Source of the DNA: Octopus sinensis
Taxonomy: Eukaryota
Direction: 5' to 3'
Assembly: GCF_006345805.1 (NCBI RefSeq)
Contig: NC_043006.1
Span: forward strand, 49,352,001-49,416,000
Length of the DNA stretch: 64,000 nucleotides
The notes beneath the pieces were generated by a model. It did not search any database and was not told where the DNA came from. It was given only the letters and a program-made list of their open reading frames with translations. Shown here piece by piece: positions 36,101-47,513 of the stretch (its first letter is position 1; every line of letters begins with the position of its first letter). Position numbers and translations under genes: made by a program.

Positions 36101-36468
36101 TAGCGGGATACTAACCCCATCATCCAGTTGCTCAATGTATAATTCTTCTCCAATCTTTGCCAAAGAATGAATGGCACGCGCAAAAACTGAAAATTTAAGA
36201 TGACCACAATTAATATTTTAATTTTTTTTTAAATCACAATAATGCGGTGGTGAATTATTAAAATACTTTATTTTGTTACTTTTCATAGTTTATACATAAA
36301 CAATGTTTTAATCAGAATTATAATTCTAAACGAAACTTAAAACGCTCCTTAACATTGTAAACAACAGCATTGGTCACTAATATATAATATCTATTCAATA
36401 GATTTATATCCAAACATTACATCATTACCTTTTATATTATTACCAGGAATGGTACAGGACATATTCAT
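14722..36468 (-). CDS. RAD9: Cell-cycle checkpoint clamp subunit RAD9 (9-1-1 complex), complete, 12 exons, 439 aa
   Basis: complement(join(14722..14808,22846..22950,23660..23897,26830..26961,28572..28636,30714..30820,31934..32037,32699..32798,33534..33648,34092..34247,36116..36186,36429..36468)). 1320 nt, all GT-AG, phases consistent. Motifs: [78 protein letters not shown]. Start could also be the second Met (36462). Confidence 0.95.
15190..15396 (+). mobile_element. Mariner-derived MITE
   Basis: ctgaaaagttcctg ... caggaacttttcagcatcccctcg+TA; internal remnant [23 protein letters not shown]. Confidence 0.8.
16075..16430 (+). mobile_element. C-terminal fragment of a second, divergent RTE-clade LINE lineage
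   Basis: [12 protein letters not shown]...[15 protein letters not shown]...EWYPR...GRPPRRW, clearly distinct from the dominant RTE family. Confidence 0.85.
18296..21810 (+). mobile_element. RTE-clade LINE, 5'-truncated, frameshifted (APE endonuclease + RT + long 3' UTR), antisense in the last RAD9 intron
   Basis: APE motifs [21 protein letters not shown]; RT motifs [33 protein letters not shown]; ORF split at about 19380, 20035 and 20305; stop 21036; 3' UTR tandem array and (GAT)n tail. Confidence 0.95.
21084..21632 (+). repeat. Tandem array of nine 60-62 nt units in the RTE 3' UTR
   Basis: Unit ~ccatccgttcgtggccgtttgccagctctgtctggccccgtgtcggtggcacgtaaaagca; two alternating variants; no unique spacers. 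Confidence 0.92.
22846..22950 (-). CDS. RAD9: RAD9 exon 11 (...[14 protein letters not shown])
   Basis: ttccag acceptor, gtaaga donor; human equivalent VPGTPPPKK. Confidence 0.92.
23660..23897 (-). CDS. RAD9: RAD9 exon 10 (acidic/Ser-rich disordered tail, [19 protein letters not shown]...)
   Basis: aattag acceptor, gtaagg donor; phases fit exons 9 and 11. Confidence 0.85.
23916..24477 (-). mobile_element. Internally deleted mariner transposon (562 bp)
   Basis: About 28-bp TIRs (tagggttatctggaaagtttgtgctgat / attggcatgaactttccagacaacccaa), TA duplications at 23914-15 and 24478-79; transposase start [15 protein letters not shown] fused to C-terminus [16 protein letters not shown]...NGSYLVD*. 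Confidence 0.93.
26830..26961 (-). CDS. RAD9: RAD9 exon 9 ([23 protein letters not shown]...)
   Basis: poly-T-ag acceptor, gtaaga donor. Confidence 0.92.
27220..27662 (+). mobile_element. SINE family A variant with an alternative 3' half ending in an RTE-like tail (also at about 12915-13320, 40075-40450, 49750-50120, 52080-52400)
   Basis: Same head and CORE-like block, then catggggaaatattaccttgcttggaaac...catgcaagcatggaaaag...gttaaaatgatgatga. Confidence 0.8.
28572..28636 (-). CDS. RAD9: RAD9 exon 8 ([22 protein letters not shown])
   Basis: cttgtag acceptor, gtatgt donor. Confidence 0.92.
29169..29275 (-). ncRNA. Type I hammerhead ribozyme motif, mirror copy, sense to the RAD9 pre-mRNA
   Basis: Reverse complement of 29722..29828 with one substitution in the stem II extension; core intact. 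Confidence 0.85.
29722..29828 (+). ncRNA. Type I hammerhead ribozyme motif (predicted GUA cleavage after 29820)
   Basis: ATTTCTTA-CTGATGA-ATCTA[long stem II]TAGAT-GAA-ACG gtgcat CGT-A-TAAGAAAT: complete catalytic core, perfect 8-bp stem I, stems II and III closed. Confidence 0.85.
30714..30820 (-). CDS. RAD9: RAD9 exon 7 ([10 protein letters not shown]...ITFCLKELR)
   Basis: ccgcag acceptor, gtaagc donor. Confidence 0.93.
31934..32037 (-). CDS. RAD9: RAD9 exon 6 ([18 protein letters not shown]...VDEP)
   Basis: gtccag acceptor, gtaaga donor. Confidence 0.93.
32699..32798 (-). CDS. RAD9: RAD9 exon 5 ([21 protein letters not shown]...)
   Basis: cttgtag acceptor, gtgagt donor. Confidence 0.93.
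33534..33648 (-). CDS. RAD9: RAD9 exon 4 (SCLKIFKS...LHCKH)
   Basis: tttcag acceptor, gtattt donor. Confidence 0.94.
34092..34247 (-). CDS. RAD9: RAD9 exon 3 ([13 protein letters not shown]...LRCKISIK)
   Basis: ttcag acceptor, gtgaga donor, 52 codons. Confidence 0.94.
36116..36186 (-). CDS. RAD9: RAD9 exon 2 ([24 protein letters not shown])
   Basis: tttcag acceptor, gttagt donor. Confidence 0.93.
36429..36468 (-). CDS. RAD9: RAD9 exon 1 ([13 protein letters not shown])
   Basis: ATG at 36468 (or 36462); donor gtaatg; aligns to human MKCLVTGGNVK. Confidence 0.85.
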
Positions 36469-36735
36469 GCTGGTCTCATTCAACTGTACATGAAATTCCG
36501 CGCTTCCTTTCGTTTCACGTCAAAATTTCCTTCGACGTTATAAACATTTCCAATTGGTTAGATTCCGGAATGCCAGCCAATCATAATCGTCGTATCTAAG
36601 CAACTTGTTGGTAAGTCAGGTGTTGGTTTCTATCGTCAGGTGCTGGTGGACTTTTTAAAGGAAACCTAATACGTTTGTTTATTTATCCATCAATTCCGAT
36701 TCCATTTAGCTCCGTTGCTTTCATTTATTTCTAAG
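36469..36735. promoter_or_regulatory. Compact bidirectional promoter and 5' UTRs shared by RAD9 and VPS29
   Basis: 267 bp between divergent ATGs, locally CpG-rich. CCAAT at 36550..36554 and 36577..36581, ATTGG at 36553..36557, TTCCGGAA (ETS-like) at 36563..36570, TCACGTCA (CRE-like) at 36515..36522. Factor assignments are inference. Confidence 0.7.
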
Positions 36736-36738
36736 ATG
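36736..36738 (+). CDS. VPS29: VPS29 exon 1 coding part (ATG only)
   Basis: taagATG|gtaagt; exon 2 starts in phase 0 at Leu with no Met of its own. Confidence 0.8.
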
Positions 36739-39700
36739 GTAAGTAGTTTTTGTCTTCTTTATTTAAACGATGTTTTGTCATAAATATTGATTAAAAGGAA
36801 TGTAGTCTTGGGTTGTTTAGATTGTTTGGTGGGCGTGTGTTCTAAGACCTCTACTTTGTATCATCTTTATCCCGTAGTTTGACCCTCTAGTATATATTCA
36901 GTATATTCTGTTGTAAATATGCAAAGCTATGTATTACAAAGCCCTTAATTCTTGCTCATCTAATTAGATAATTTTGTTAAGTCTTTTCCGGAAGTATTGT
37001 TTGGTTTGGGTCATGTAGTTACGATTCAGAAGACGATAAACAAATGCCAAGAAAACGAACAGAATAAAATGAGCTACTTGGTTCCAAAGGGTTCTGGTAT
37101 TAAATAGAGCAATAGAATATACTTAAAATCATCTCGATGTGATCAATATATTCTATTTTTGATTATCTAGTTAGTTTTCCTCTTATTGTCGTGTTTCTTT
37201 TTATATACTAATTCAGTCTGTGCGAGTTTATTCTGTTAAATGGGGAAATGTGATCAACAATTAGTTTTTAGGGTATATTCTAGGGAAAACTTACAGAAAT
37301 TAATTATTTCTAAAAATTTCCCAATTCAGAATTTCGTAGGGCATTTTAAAGACAAACTGCACTTTGCACTTACATTCTGAAACCGGAAAAATGGAAATAT
37401 GTAACAAAACTCTGAAAGATTTTCATTTAAGCACATACAAACTAATTTCCAAATATTTAGCAAAAACATGTCCAACTAGAAAATATTAGTTGTGTAAGTT
37501 ATTGTTTTATCATTTTCCTATTTAGCAAAAGTCAAACAATAATTGATAAGTGCAATCTAAATTGAATAAAGTATTAAAGTATTTCTCCTCAATCTTTATT
37601 ATTTGACCTGCCCTATTTATCGTTCTAATGTCTAATGTTGGTGAAAAGTTCACAAATACTATAATTTCTGTTTCGACTGTAAGGAGGTATCGTAATCCCT
37701 AACAAGTTCCTATTAAAAATCAGCAGTGCTAATTATTCAAATTTGAGATGGTAAAGTTTGATATAATGTCTTAGCATAATATTCAGTAACATTCTATTAA
37801 TGATTTTAATGAAATCATGTCTCACAACATATGATGGCAGGCTGGACTCTTTGAGCATTTCATACTTAGATAATCTTAATGTGAATACACAAAACATTAT
37901 CGTAAATATTGTTATCTTTAATGATCATTGAAAGATGTTGACACATTATCATTTTAACAACCATATTTCCATGTTGATATGGGTTGGATAGGTCTGCTAC
38001 ACAGAACCCTCTTAATCTTGTACCATCTTGCTTGCAGGGCATAACGTTTTTATATCTAACCATACTGCACATAGTATTTTTTCAATCATTAATTGCCTGC
38101 ACCAATGCATTATATGTCCTACACTCACTATCTGATGCCATTTAATGTCCAGCTGCCCTCAACTCATTTGGGCTATGATTTTTATGCAAATTAACATTGC
38201 ACAATCAATTTATCATACTCAACTAATTTCTCTGTACACTCTACAGAGTTTCCACAGAAATTGCTTATGATTCATTACCAACCAGCATCATACATTTTAC
38301 AAATGCTTCATATAGTTTTTCCTCAAATGCCTTCTATCCTTTCTTTTCCTACATCTACACTACACCCACCTTCAGCACTTAGATAACACTTAGATAACAG
38401 AAACTACTACAGCAATCTTCTAGTTGAATGATGCTCCTCCTGCTAATCATTGAGGAAGACTCTATGTGGTTACTTGTTCTACTAGAAATAACAGCCAAAT
38501 CTTACTAAAACCATGTTTTACTCTCTAAAATAAGGAAAAAAAGAAAGAGAATAATGTAATCTCAGACATACATAAAATAGCAGGATGACTATGACTTGAA
38601 TGCTTTCAGTTATAAGTCCACTTGATCAAGGTTGACCTGTGGCTAAACAGCTAAAATAGCACATCTAAAATATTTATTCTTCCTCTGTACTGCTGCACCT
38701 TTTGTGTACTTGTTATATGTGCTAAAAAAGAAAAACAACTTTATAAACTTTCATGTCCTAAATGTTAAGCCACATGGCTTGGTGGTTAGAGCATTGAGCT
38801 TACGATTGTGAGGTTGTGAGTTTGAATCCCAGACCATATTGCGCTCTTGAGCAAGACACTTTATTTCATGTTGCTCCAGTTCACTCAGCTGTAGAAATGA
38901 GTTGCGATGTCACAGGTGCCAAGCTGTATCAGCCTCTTTGCCTTCCCCTTGGATAACACTGGTGGCGTGGAGAAGGGACTGCTGGTCTTCCATCAACAAC
39001 CTTGCCCGGACTCGTGCCTGGGAGGGTAACTTTCTAGGTGCAATCCCATGGTCATTCATGACCAAAGGGGGTCTCAGCATATGTGCTAAACACACAGTAT
39101 TAAGTTCTTACACTCTATCCATACTGAGTAAAGTTACTTCCAAGTAGATTGTGTGCTCTTTGTTACTAACTAACATCTTGCTTTTTGCCACATTAACTTT
39201 AGACCTTTAGACTCTTCGCCTTTACCTCCAGCTTTGGAACTTTTTTCTGCAACTCTTTAATAGAATTTTACAGTGTAAGCTATCTATATATAAAAGTTCT
39301 TAAGTACATCTTGTGAATTCCTGCCATTTTCCTTGGCATTGTGGTGAAAAAGAGGATGACTGAGAATAGATCTCTGTAAACTTTTGCCTTTTCACTAACT
39401 TTCTCACCGACATCATCACCAGTCCTAACTTTGGTAATGCACAGAACCCTTGTACATGGTTTCAACATCTCTCAGAACATAGATTTCTCAACATCAGACC
39501 ACAGAGTCTTATAAACTGAAGCATCTTTAAAATAATTTTTTCCTTTTTATTGAAAGAAATATATATTTACACACACACACACAACATATACACACATATC
39601 ATCATCATTTAATGCCTGTTTTTCATGCTGGTATGGACAGTTCAACATGAGCTGGTGATCCAGAGAACTGCTCCTAGCCCCAGTGTCTGCATTGGCATGG

Positions 39701-42700
39701 TTCCTATGGCTGGATGTCCTTCCTAATACTAATCACTTTACAATGTGTACTGGGTGCTTTCTTGTACTACCAGCACCAATGGAAGGTGGCTTTATGCTTG
39801 TAGACGAGGGTTAAATCATGTGAGTAGGGGATAGGACAGCAGGTTCTTGTTGAAAAGGAGCTGCTTAACACATTTCGGCAGATTTGAACTTGAACATAGT
39901 ATTCGCTGTTGGGTTTTGTTTTCAGAGAACACCTTCTCCCTTTAGATGATGTGTGCTGACAACACACAAGTCAGTGATGTAGCTGACTCTGAGACCCTGA
40001 TGTCTCAGTATGAATGTGCCTCTTCAGTCAGATAAAGATCGTAACTCTGACTCTAAATATATATATTTTATTGATGCATGGGTAAGAGGTTTGCTTCTCA
40101 ACTACATGGTTTTGGGTTCAGCCCCAATGCATGGCACCTTGGGCAAGTGTCTTCTGCTAGAGCCCTGAGTATTGTAAGTGGATTTGGTGGATGGACACTG
40201 AAAGAAACCTGTTCTATGTATATATATGTGTATGCATGCAAGTGTATACCTTTGTCTCCTTGTCTTGATACCGCATAATAAGTTGTAAAATACACATCAC
40301 TGTCATGTCAGTAGTGTCATTTATTTCCAATATTCTGCACATGCTTGGAAACAGGTGAGGATTGGCAACAGGAAGAACACCCAGCCATAGAAAATCTACC
40401 TCATTAAACTTCAGCAAGCATGGAAAAGTGAGCATTAAAATGATGATGATATCGCAAAACTTCTGGTGCTTTATCATAGCAATGTAATAGAGAGAGGAGA
40501 AAGATTAAACTCATTGAGCACTTTTTTAATGGCTTAGTCAGAACGACCATGGCCTAGTGATTAGGGTGTTGCACTCACAATTACATTATTGTGGTTTCAA
40601 TTCCTGGGTCAGATTATGAATTGTGTTATTGAGCAAAACATTTCATTTCATGTTGCTCTGCTATCACTGGAAGGACTTCTGCCCATCCCCCTCCCATTTT
40701 CTCCCAAATTTGTTTATTTTTGTAATTTTTTTTGCCAAAAATCCCAGTTTTCGGATATGGAGATTTGGGAAAATTGCCAAAAATCGGCATTGTGAAATTT
40801 TGCTCCCCTTTTCCCTGCCAACTTCTTCAATTTTAATTTTTTTCCCCCAACACTAACCCTAAAACCGTAACCGTAAGTACAGAAATGTTTTGAAATTTTT
40901 GTCTAAATCATGATATCTGTATTTTTCCGCTTATTTAGAAAAAAAAATTCTTAAAAAAAAATTTTACAAAGATTTTCGGAAATTTTTTTCAGAATCCATA
41001 TATTTTCGCATATTTTGAAAAAAAATTGTGAAAAAAGTTAAAATGAAGGAGGGGGGTGTTGTAATTTAGAAATGTTGATTTTTGCCAATTTTTTTTGAGA
41101 TTCGTATTCCCCGTAGCTGAAAGGTGAGGTTTGTGTTGAAAAAATAAATTTTTTTTAAAGGGTGGCTTTTTGGTGGGGACGGGCGGAAGTCTTGCCCTAT
41201 CACTTTGACATCTGATGTGTAGCATACTGTGTACCTGTTTAAGCAATATTGATTTGACAGACAGAGTGACCTAATATATAGCACAAACATTTGATCACTA
41301 TAAATAAATCGCCTGTGGGGTTGTTCAGCAAGGTTTTGCAGAACCCTCATCTGTGGTCTATGACAGGAGAGCTCACGGTCAAAAGAGAAAGAGCAGCCAG
41401 CACCCATGACCATCTTCGGGTTCTTTGAAAGTGACAGAATAAAAGGGAAGTAGTTATCCTTTGGTCAGAGATCTGGACTGAAGACTTGCAACAAAGTGGA
41501 CTCTGTTAAAGGCACCCAAAGATCAGGGGTTGGTATTAAACTGGCTGATGGACAAAGTCCTAAACTAGAAAGAATGTTTGTTTTCTGGAGAATGTTTTGG
41601 TGGTGTTGTGGCAAATACTATAAAAACAGTGTACGCTAACTGTAGGTCAGATTCACTACATTTTGATTTATGGTTGAGAATCATTTTACTTGATTTGTAT
41701 TGCCAATAAATCTTGTACCTTGGGTAAGTGTTTTCTATTATAGTCCCTGCCTGACCAATTCCTTGTGAGGGAATTTGAGAGATGGAAACTATAGGCGTAG
41801 GAGTGGCTGTGTGGTAAGTAGCTTGCTTACCAACCACATAGTTCCGGGTTCAGTCCCACTGCGTGGCACCTGAGCAAGTGTTTTCTACAGTAGCCATGGG
41901 CCGACCAAAGCCTTGTGAGTGGATTTGGTAGACGGAAACTGAAAGAAGCCCATTGTATATATGTATGTGTGTGTTTGTGTGTCTGTGTTTGTCTCCCCAA
42001 CATCGCTTGACAACCGATGCTGGTGTGTTTACGTCCCCCGTAACTTAGCAGTTTGGCAAAAAGAGACCGATAGAATAAGTACTAGGTTTACAAAGAATAA
42101 GTCCTGGGGGTCGATTTGCTTGACTAAAGGCGGTGCTCCAGCATGGCCACTGTCAGATGACTGAAACAAGTAAAAGAGTAGAGTAAGTGTTGGCAACAGG
42201 AAGAGTATCTTTTCATAAAACACTACCTCAAATAATGCTCTGTCCAAATCCATGCTGTCAGGGAAAGATGGACGTTGAATGAATGAAGACAGTATGAGAG
42301 ATGCAACATCCTATTTTCCCTCCCCTAAGCATATTTTTCATACCCAGTTAAAAATTAGTTATGTTTCTCTTTGTCTTAATATGTATTCACCATATGTTGC
42401 AATAATTCTCTGTATATGTAATTACATTTGCTTGCTTGTCTTTTTCTTTTGCAGTTGGTGCTAGTTCTTGGTGATTTGCACATTCCACATCGCTGCAATA
42501 GCATGCCTAATAGATTTAAGAAACTTTTGGTACCTGGCAAGATTCAGCATATTTTATGTACAGGTAATCTATGTACAAAAGAATCATTTGATTACCTGAA
42601 GACATTAGCTAGTGATGTTCATGTCGTGCGTGGAGACTTTGATGAAGTAAGTAACACATTAAACTAAATCTGAAGTACTCTTATGTGATTGACACTTACA

Positions 42701-45700
42701 ATATTAACTGTCATATAAGATATATTCGTGCATAAGATACACCTATATTTTGCAAATATATTTTGTGGAAAATAAATTTGATATGCTTCATCATACACTC
42801 ACTGAAAGATATTTTATTGTATTTTACTGGGGAAAATGAATGATTAAAAAGCATGTTTTTATATACCAGGAAATACAGTATTTGAAATAGATTTCTTTTG
42901 AAATCTTATTCGGAATAGTTTTCAATAAGGCGGCAATCTGGCAGAAACGTTAGAAAGCTGGGCAAAATGCTGAGCAGTATTTCGTCTGTCTTTATCTGAG
43001 TTCCAGTTCCGCCGAGGTCGACTTTCTCTTTCATCCTTTTGGGGTTGATAAATTAAGTACTAGTTGCATACTGGGGTCGATTTAATCGACTGGCCCTCTC
43101 CCACAAAATTTCAGGCCTTGTGTCTAGAGCAGAAAAGGAATAGCTTTCAATGCTGCTATTGTATCTGGTACCTGGCTTTCTTTTAATAGCTACAAGGCGA
43201 ATACAATAACACAGATCTATTTTTGACTACTAAATATGTATATTAACAGCAAGATAATATCTATTTTAATTTTAATAATTTTTGGAACGTCATGTTTATT
43301 AAATTCTGATTTATTTTTCTCTGAAACACTAAATTAATTCGGATTTGAAAAAATAATTTTGACGTCTAAAAAATTATGACATTCCTTGTTTGGTAGAAAA
43401 GTCGAATCTAGTGGGGGGAAAAAAATACATATAGTGCAATATTGGACTTTCTACAGATCTTTCAGAGTAAAATAAGCATCATTCTAGTATTGGGGTGGAG
43501 TGAATCTCATTGATTGCAGTTTCTCCAGAAAGTGTGGTCTTATGCCAATGTTAGAAGTCATTAACACTGCACTGGTTAAATTTTTGCAAATATTGAATTA
43601 TTAATTTGTTAAAATAAAATGTGTTTACTTCATGTGAAATATATAACATTCTGGAAAGTACCCCACCCTATCAAAAATTAGTTAACTCAGTTCCCATGTC
43701 TCAAGTACACATGCATGGAATTAAGTATATTCCGTTCCTGTATCAAGTTTGTTCAGGCATTTTCAACCTGCAGATGTCGTCCATCTCCATCCTGCATTAT
43801 GAGCGATGCAGGATGAATTTCTGAGGTTAATGCAAGTCATAGAATGTCTTTTGATTGCTAATTTCTCGTCTATGGTCACTGGTCCTGTAGACAATTGCAG
43901 TGCCCATCAAACTGATGGGTTTCCCAGATTCATAAAAGTGTCATTTTTTCTACAAAGTGGGAAGAAATCTAATGACAAAGTATTTTTTATGTTTTGCATT
44001 TCATTCCTTACTACCATCCTACTTTCCAATGATAATGGCATTTGTGCATGCTTTTCAGGGCTTCCGGATATCACCGAGACATTGGCAGGGTGGCTAATGG
44101 GTTCTATGCCTTGCCAAAGGCCAACCAGTGATTTTGTCTGGGACTGCTTAATGAGTGTTCACAGCTGACCTATATATTGACAGGCCCATTCCCCTATCTG
44201 CAAACTTGGGACCCCATGGATGGGAGTGTAGTGAGGGTTAATATCTTACAAAGGGTGGTGGATTGGCAGAATTGTTAGAGCATTAAACAAAATACTTTGT
44301 CTAATTTAGTTACAGCTGTTTACATTGTGAACTGAAATCTTGCCAAACTCATCTTTCCTTTTTCTCAAATTTCCAGCCTTGTGCATAAAGTAGAAAAAAT
44401 TATCTATACTTTACAAATAATGCATACACAATAGGTCTATGGGATCTCAGGCAGGATGACAGAGAAAGAAAAATGGTTTTTATATTTAATAGATGCACAG
44501 GTATAGTTAGCAATAAGAGCACCTCAGAAATGAAGTCTTTCAATTGTCCAAAATGCTTGTTACCTAGGTAACTTATTCAGCAGTGGAGATAGGTGTTGCA
44601 AAAGCACAATAGTTAGAGGACGAATATATTAAAATATATCTAAGGAGCTGTTTTCTCTGTAGGTAACAAAGGATTTCTGAGTGGAGGACAAACTGTGTAG
44701 TTATTGTGTATGAAGTGCAGTATTGCATTGATAGTGAGACAGGCACTGAATGTGGAGGATGTGTGGAAGTTGGGGAAAAAACAAGGTTTTCCTTCTCTGT
44801 TGGATATTTGATGCTAACTTGCCTAAAGGACAAAGTACAAATGTGCTGAGAGAAAATTTTGGCATTAGAGGCATCAGCTGTAACATGAAAGAGACTTCAA
44901 TAGCACAGACCTGTTACACATATAAAGGATGGTAGTTGAGTAGAACAGTGTCAAATGGTGCAAGGAGAAGAGAAGAGAGTGCAGATTAGGGAAGAAAGAA
45001 TAATTTGGATAGAAGCATTGAAGTCTTTTCTCATTATGTTGAGCCTCACAAAGGAACTAACAGAGGACTGCAACATGTTGGAAGATGCATTATTAAAATG
45101 GACCTGCCCAACATGGAAAATAATAAAGATTGTTTGCCAACATAACTTGGCAGTCCTAGTCTAGGACGACTGTTGCTGTAATTTAGCCTCAGGAAACATC
45201 ATCTCCAGCTGGCTATATGACACGGTCTATGTCCTTATATTTTTGAACAAGGGAATCTAGCACCCCACTCAGCTCAAAACAGTATCTGTGTATCGCGATT
45301 TCTGGGTTATTTCTCTTCATCAACACAGATATTGTTTTGAGCTGAGTGGGGCTGCTAAATTCTCTTGTTCAAAAATAGAAGGACACAGATCGTGTTGTAT
45401 AGCCAGCTGGAGACGATGTCTCCTGGGCCTAAATTACAGTAACATTTGTCCTAAACCAGGACTGCCATGTTATGTTGGCAAACAATCTTTACTACAAAGT
45501 ACTGTTGCTGAATATCTCTCGTTACATTTAAAACTAGTAATTTTCTAATTTATAGATCAGTGACTAGTTGTCACTTTGAAAACTATATATCTCAAATGTG
45601 AATTTGGCAGCACCACTTGTAGCCGAACAATTATTCTGTGCTGATGAAGGGAAATAACACGGAAATCGCGATACACAGATGTTTTGAGTTGAGTGGAGGT

Positions 45701-47476
45701 GCTAGATTACCTTGTTCGAAAATATAAGGACATAGATTGTGTCGTATAGCCAGCTGGAGACGATGTCTCCTGGGCCTAAATTACAGCAACATTTGTCTTA
45801 AACCAGGACTGCCATGTTATGTTGGCAAACAATCTTTACTACAAAGTATTATTGCTGAATATCTCTCATTGTGAGATTTAAAAATAGTAATTTTCTAATA
45901 GGAAATAATGACTAAAATTATGTGAGGACAAAGTTTTAACCAGTTGAGTATTTTGAAGCTGTATTATTTGCATTACTTACAATTTTGGATAGATCAGAAT
46001 TATAAAAGCGAGGTACAGGCATGGTTGTGTGGTTAAAAAGTTCATATTGCAATCATGTGGTTTACGGTTCAGTTCAACCATGTGACATTTTGGGCAAGTG
46101 TCTTTTACTATAGTCCTGGGCTGTTCAATGCCTTATGAGTGAATATGGTAGATGGAAACTATGTGAAAGCCTGTTAGGTATTATATATGCAGACATATAC
46201 ATGCACACACACACACTTTCAGACAGACAGTCTTTATACATTATTTACATTCAACGGATATTTGTCCTCATCTTGTTTGTTGTTAACACAACATTTCAGC
46301 TGATATACCCTCCATGTTTCTTCAGGTGTCTTGAGGAAATTTCAATCCTGGGTTCTCATTCTTAAGGTATTAACCACTACGCCATATGCCCGTGGGCATA
46401 TGGCGTAGTTGTTAAGAGCACGGGCTACTAACCCCAAGATTCCGAGTTTGATTCCAAGCAGTGACCAGAACAACAACAATAATGATAATAATAATAATAA
46501 TGATAACAACAACATTGAAAAATACCTTAGGAACGGGAACCCAGGTTCGAAATTTCTCCAAGACACCTGAAGAAGGCTTGAGGGTATATCAGCCGAAACG
46601 TTGTGTTAGCAACAAACAAGATGAGGATAAATATCTGTTGAATGTAAATAATGTAAATAATTCACATAATTCCTCATCTCTTAAATATAGAACTGTAGAC
46701 AGTCTTTATATTTGCATGTGTGTATGTGTTTTTATGTTTGTTTTCGCACAGCTGGTGGTTGATGTGTTTACATTCCAGTAAGTTTGTTGTTTGTCCCCCG
46801 CAAAAAAAACCATTAGAATAAGTACAATACTTAAAAAAAAAATCAGTTTTGAGGTCGATTTGATTGTTTAAACATCACTGAAGCTGGTGCCCCAGCTAAG
46901 CCACAGTTGAATGACTGAAACAAATAGTAAAGTTATTTACCACAGATTCTCTCCCCTTTTTTACTTTTGTAATTTTTATTGTAACTTAACCAATGTTTTT
47001 ATTTTTCTCTTGCAGACTCTTAATTACCCTGAGCAAAAAGTGGTGACTGTTGGCCAGTTTCGGATTGGTTTGTGTCATGGACATCAAGTAGTGCCATGGG
47101 GGGAAACAGAAAGTTTAGCTATGGTACAACGGCAATTAGATGTAGACATTCTCATTTCAGGCCACACCCATATATTTGATGCTTTTGAACATGAAAACAA
47201 ATTCTACATTAATCCAGGATCGGCCACTGGAGCTTATAATCCCTTGGAAAAGTATATTTTCTTTTATTTGTATTTTTGAAGTTTCTGTGTAATTTGTCAA
47301 ATCTAGTTATTTGTTCATCTCAGGAGGATCATTATCCCAATAAACACACACCTTCCCTTCTAAATTTCAGAATTTGTGCCTATAGTAGGAAGTATTATTA
47401 GTCAATTTGTTAACTTTTAGACAATTAACTAATAAATTGTTTGTTGATTAGTTAATTGGTTAAATGTTAAATTGAC

Positions 47477-47513
<37 letters not shown>

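Noticed and set aside
38038-38045. VPS29 microexon candidate (cttgcag|GGCATAAC|gt)
   Set aside because: 8 nt would shift the frame and the donor GTTTTT is poor.
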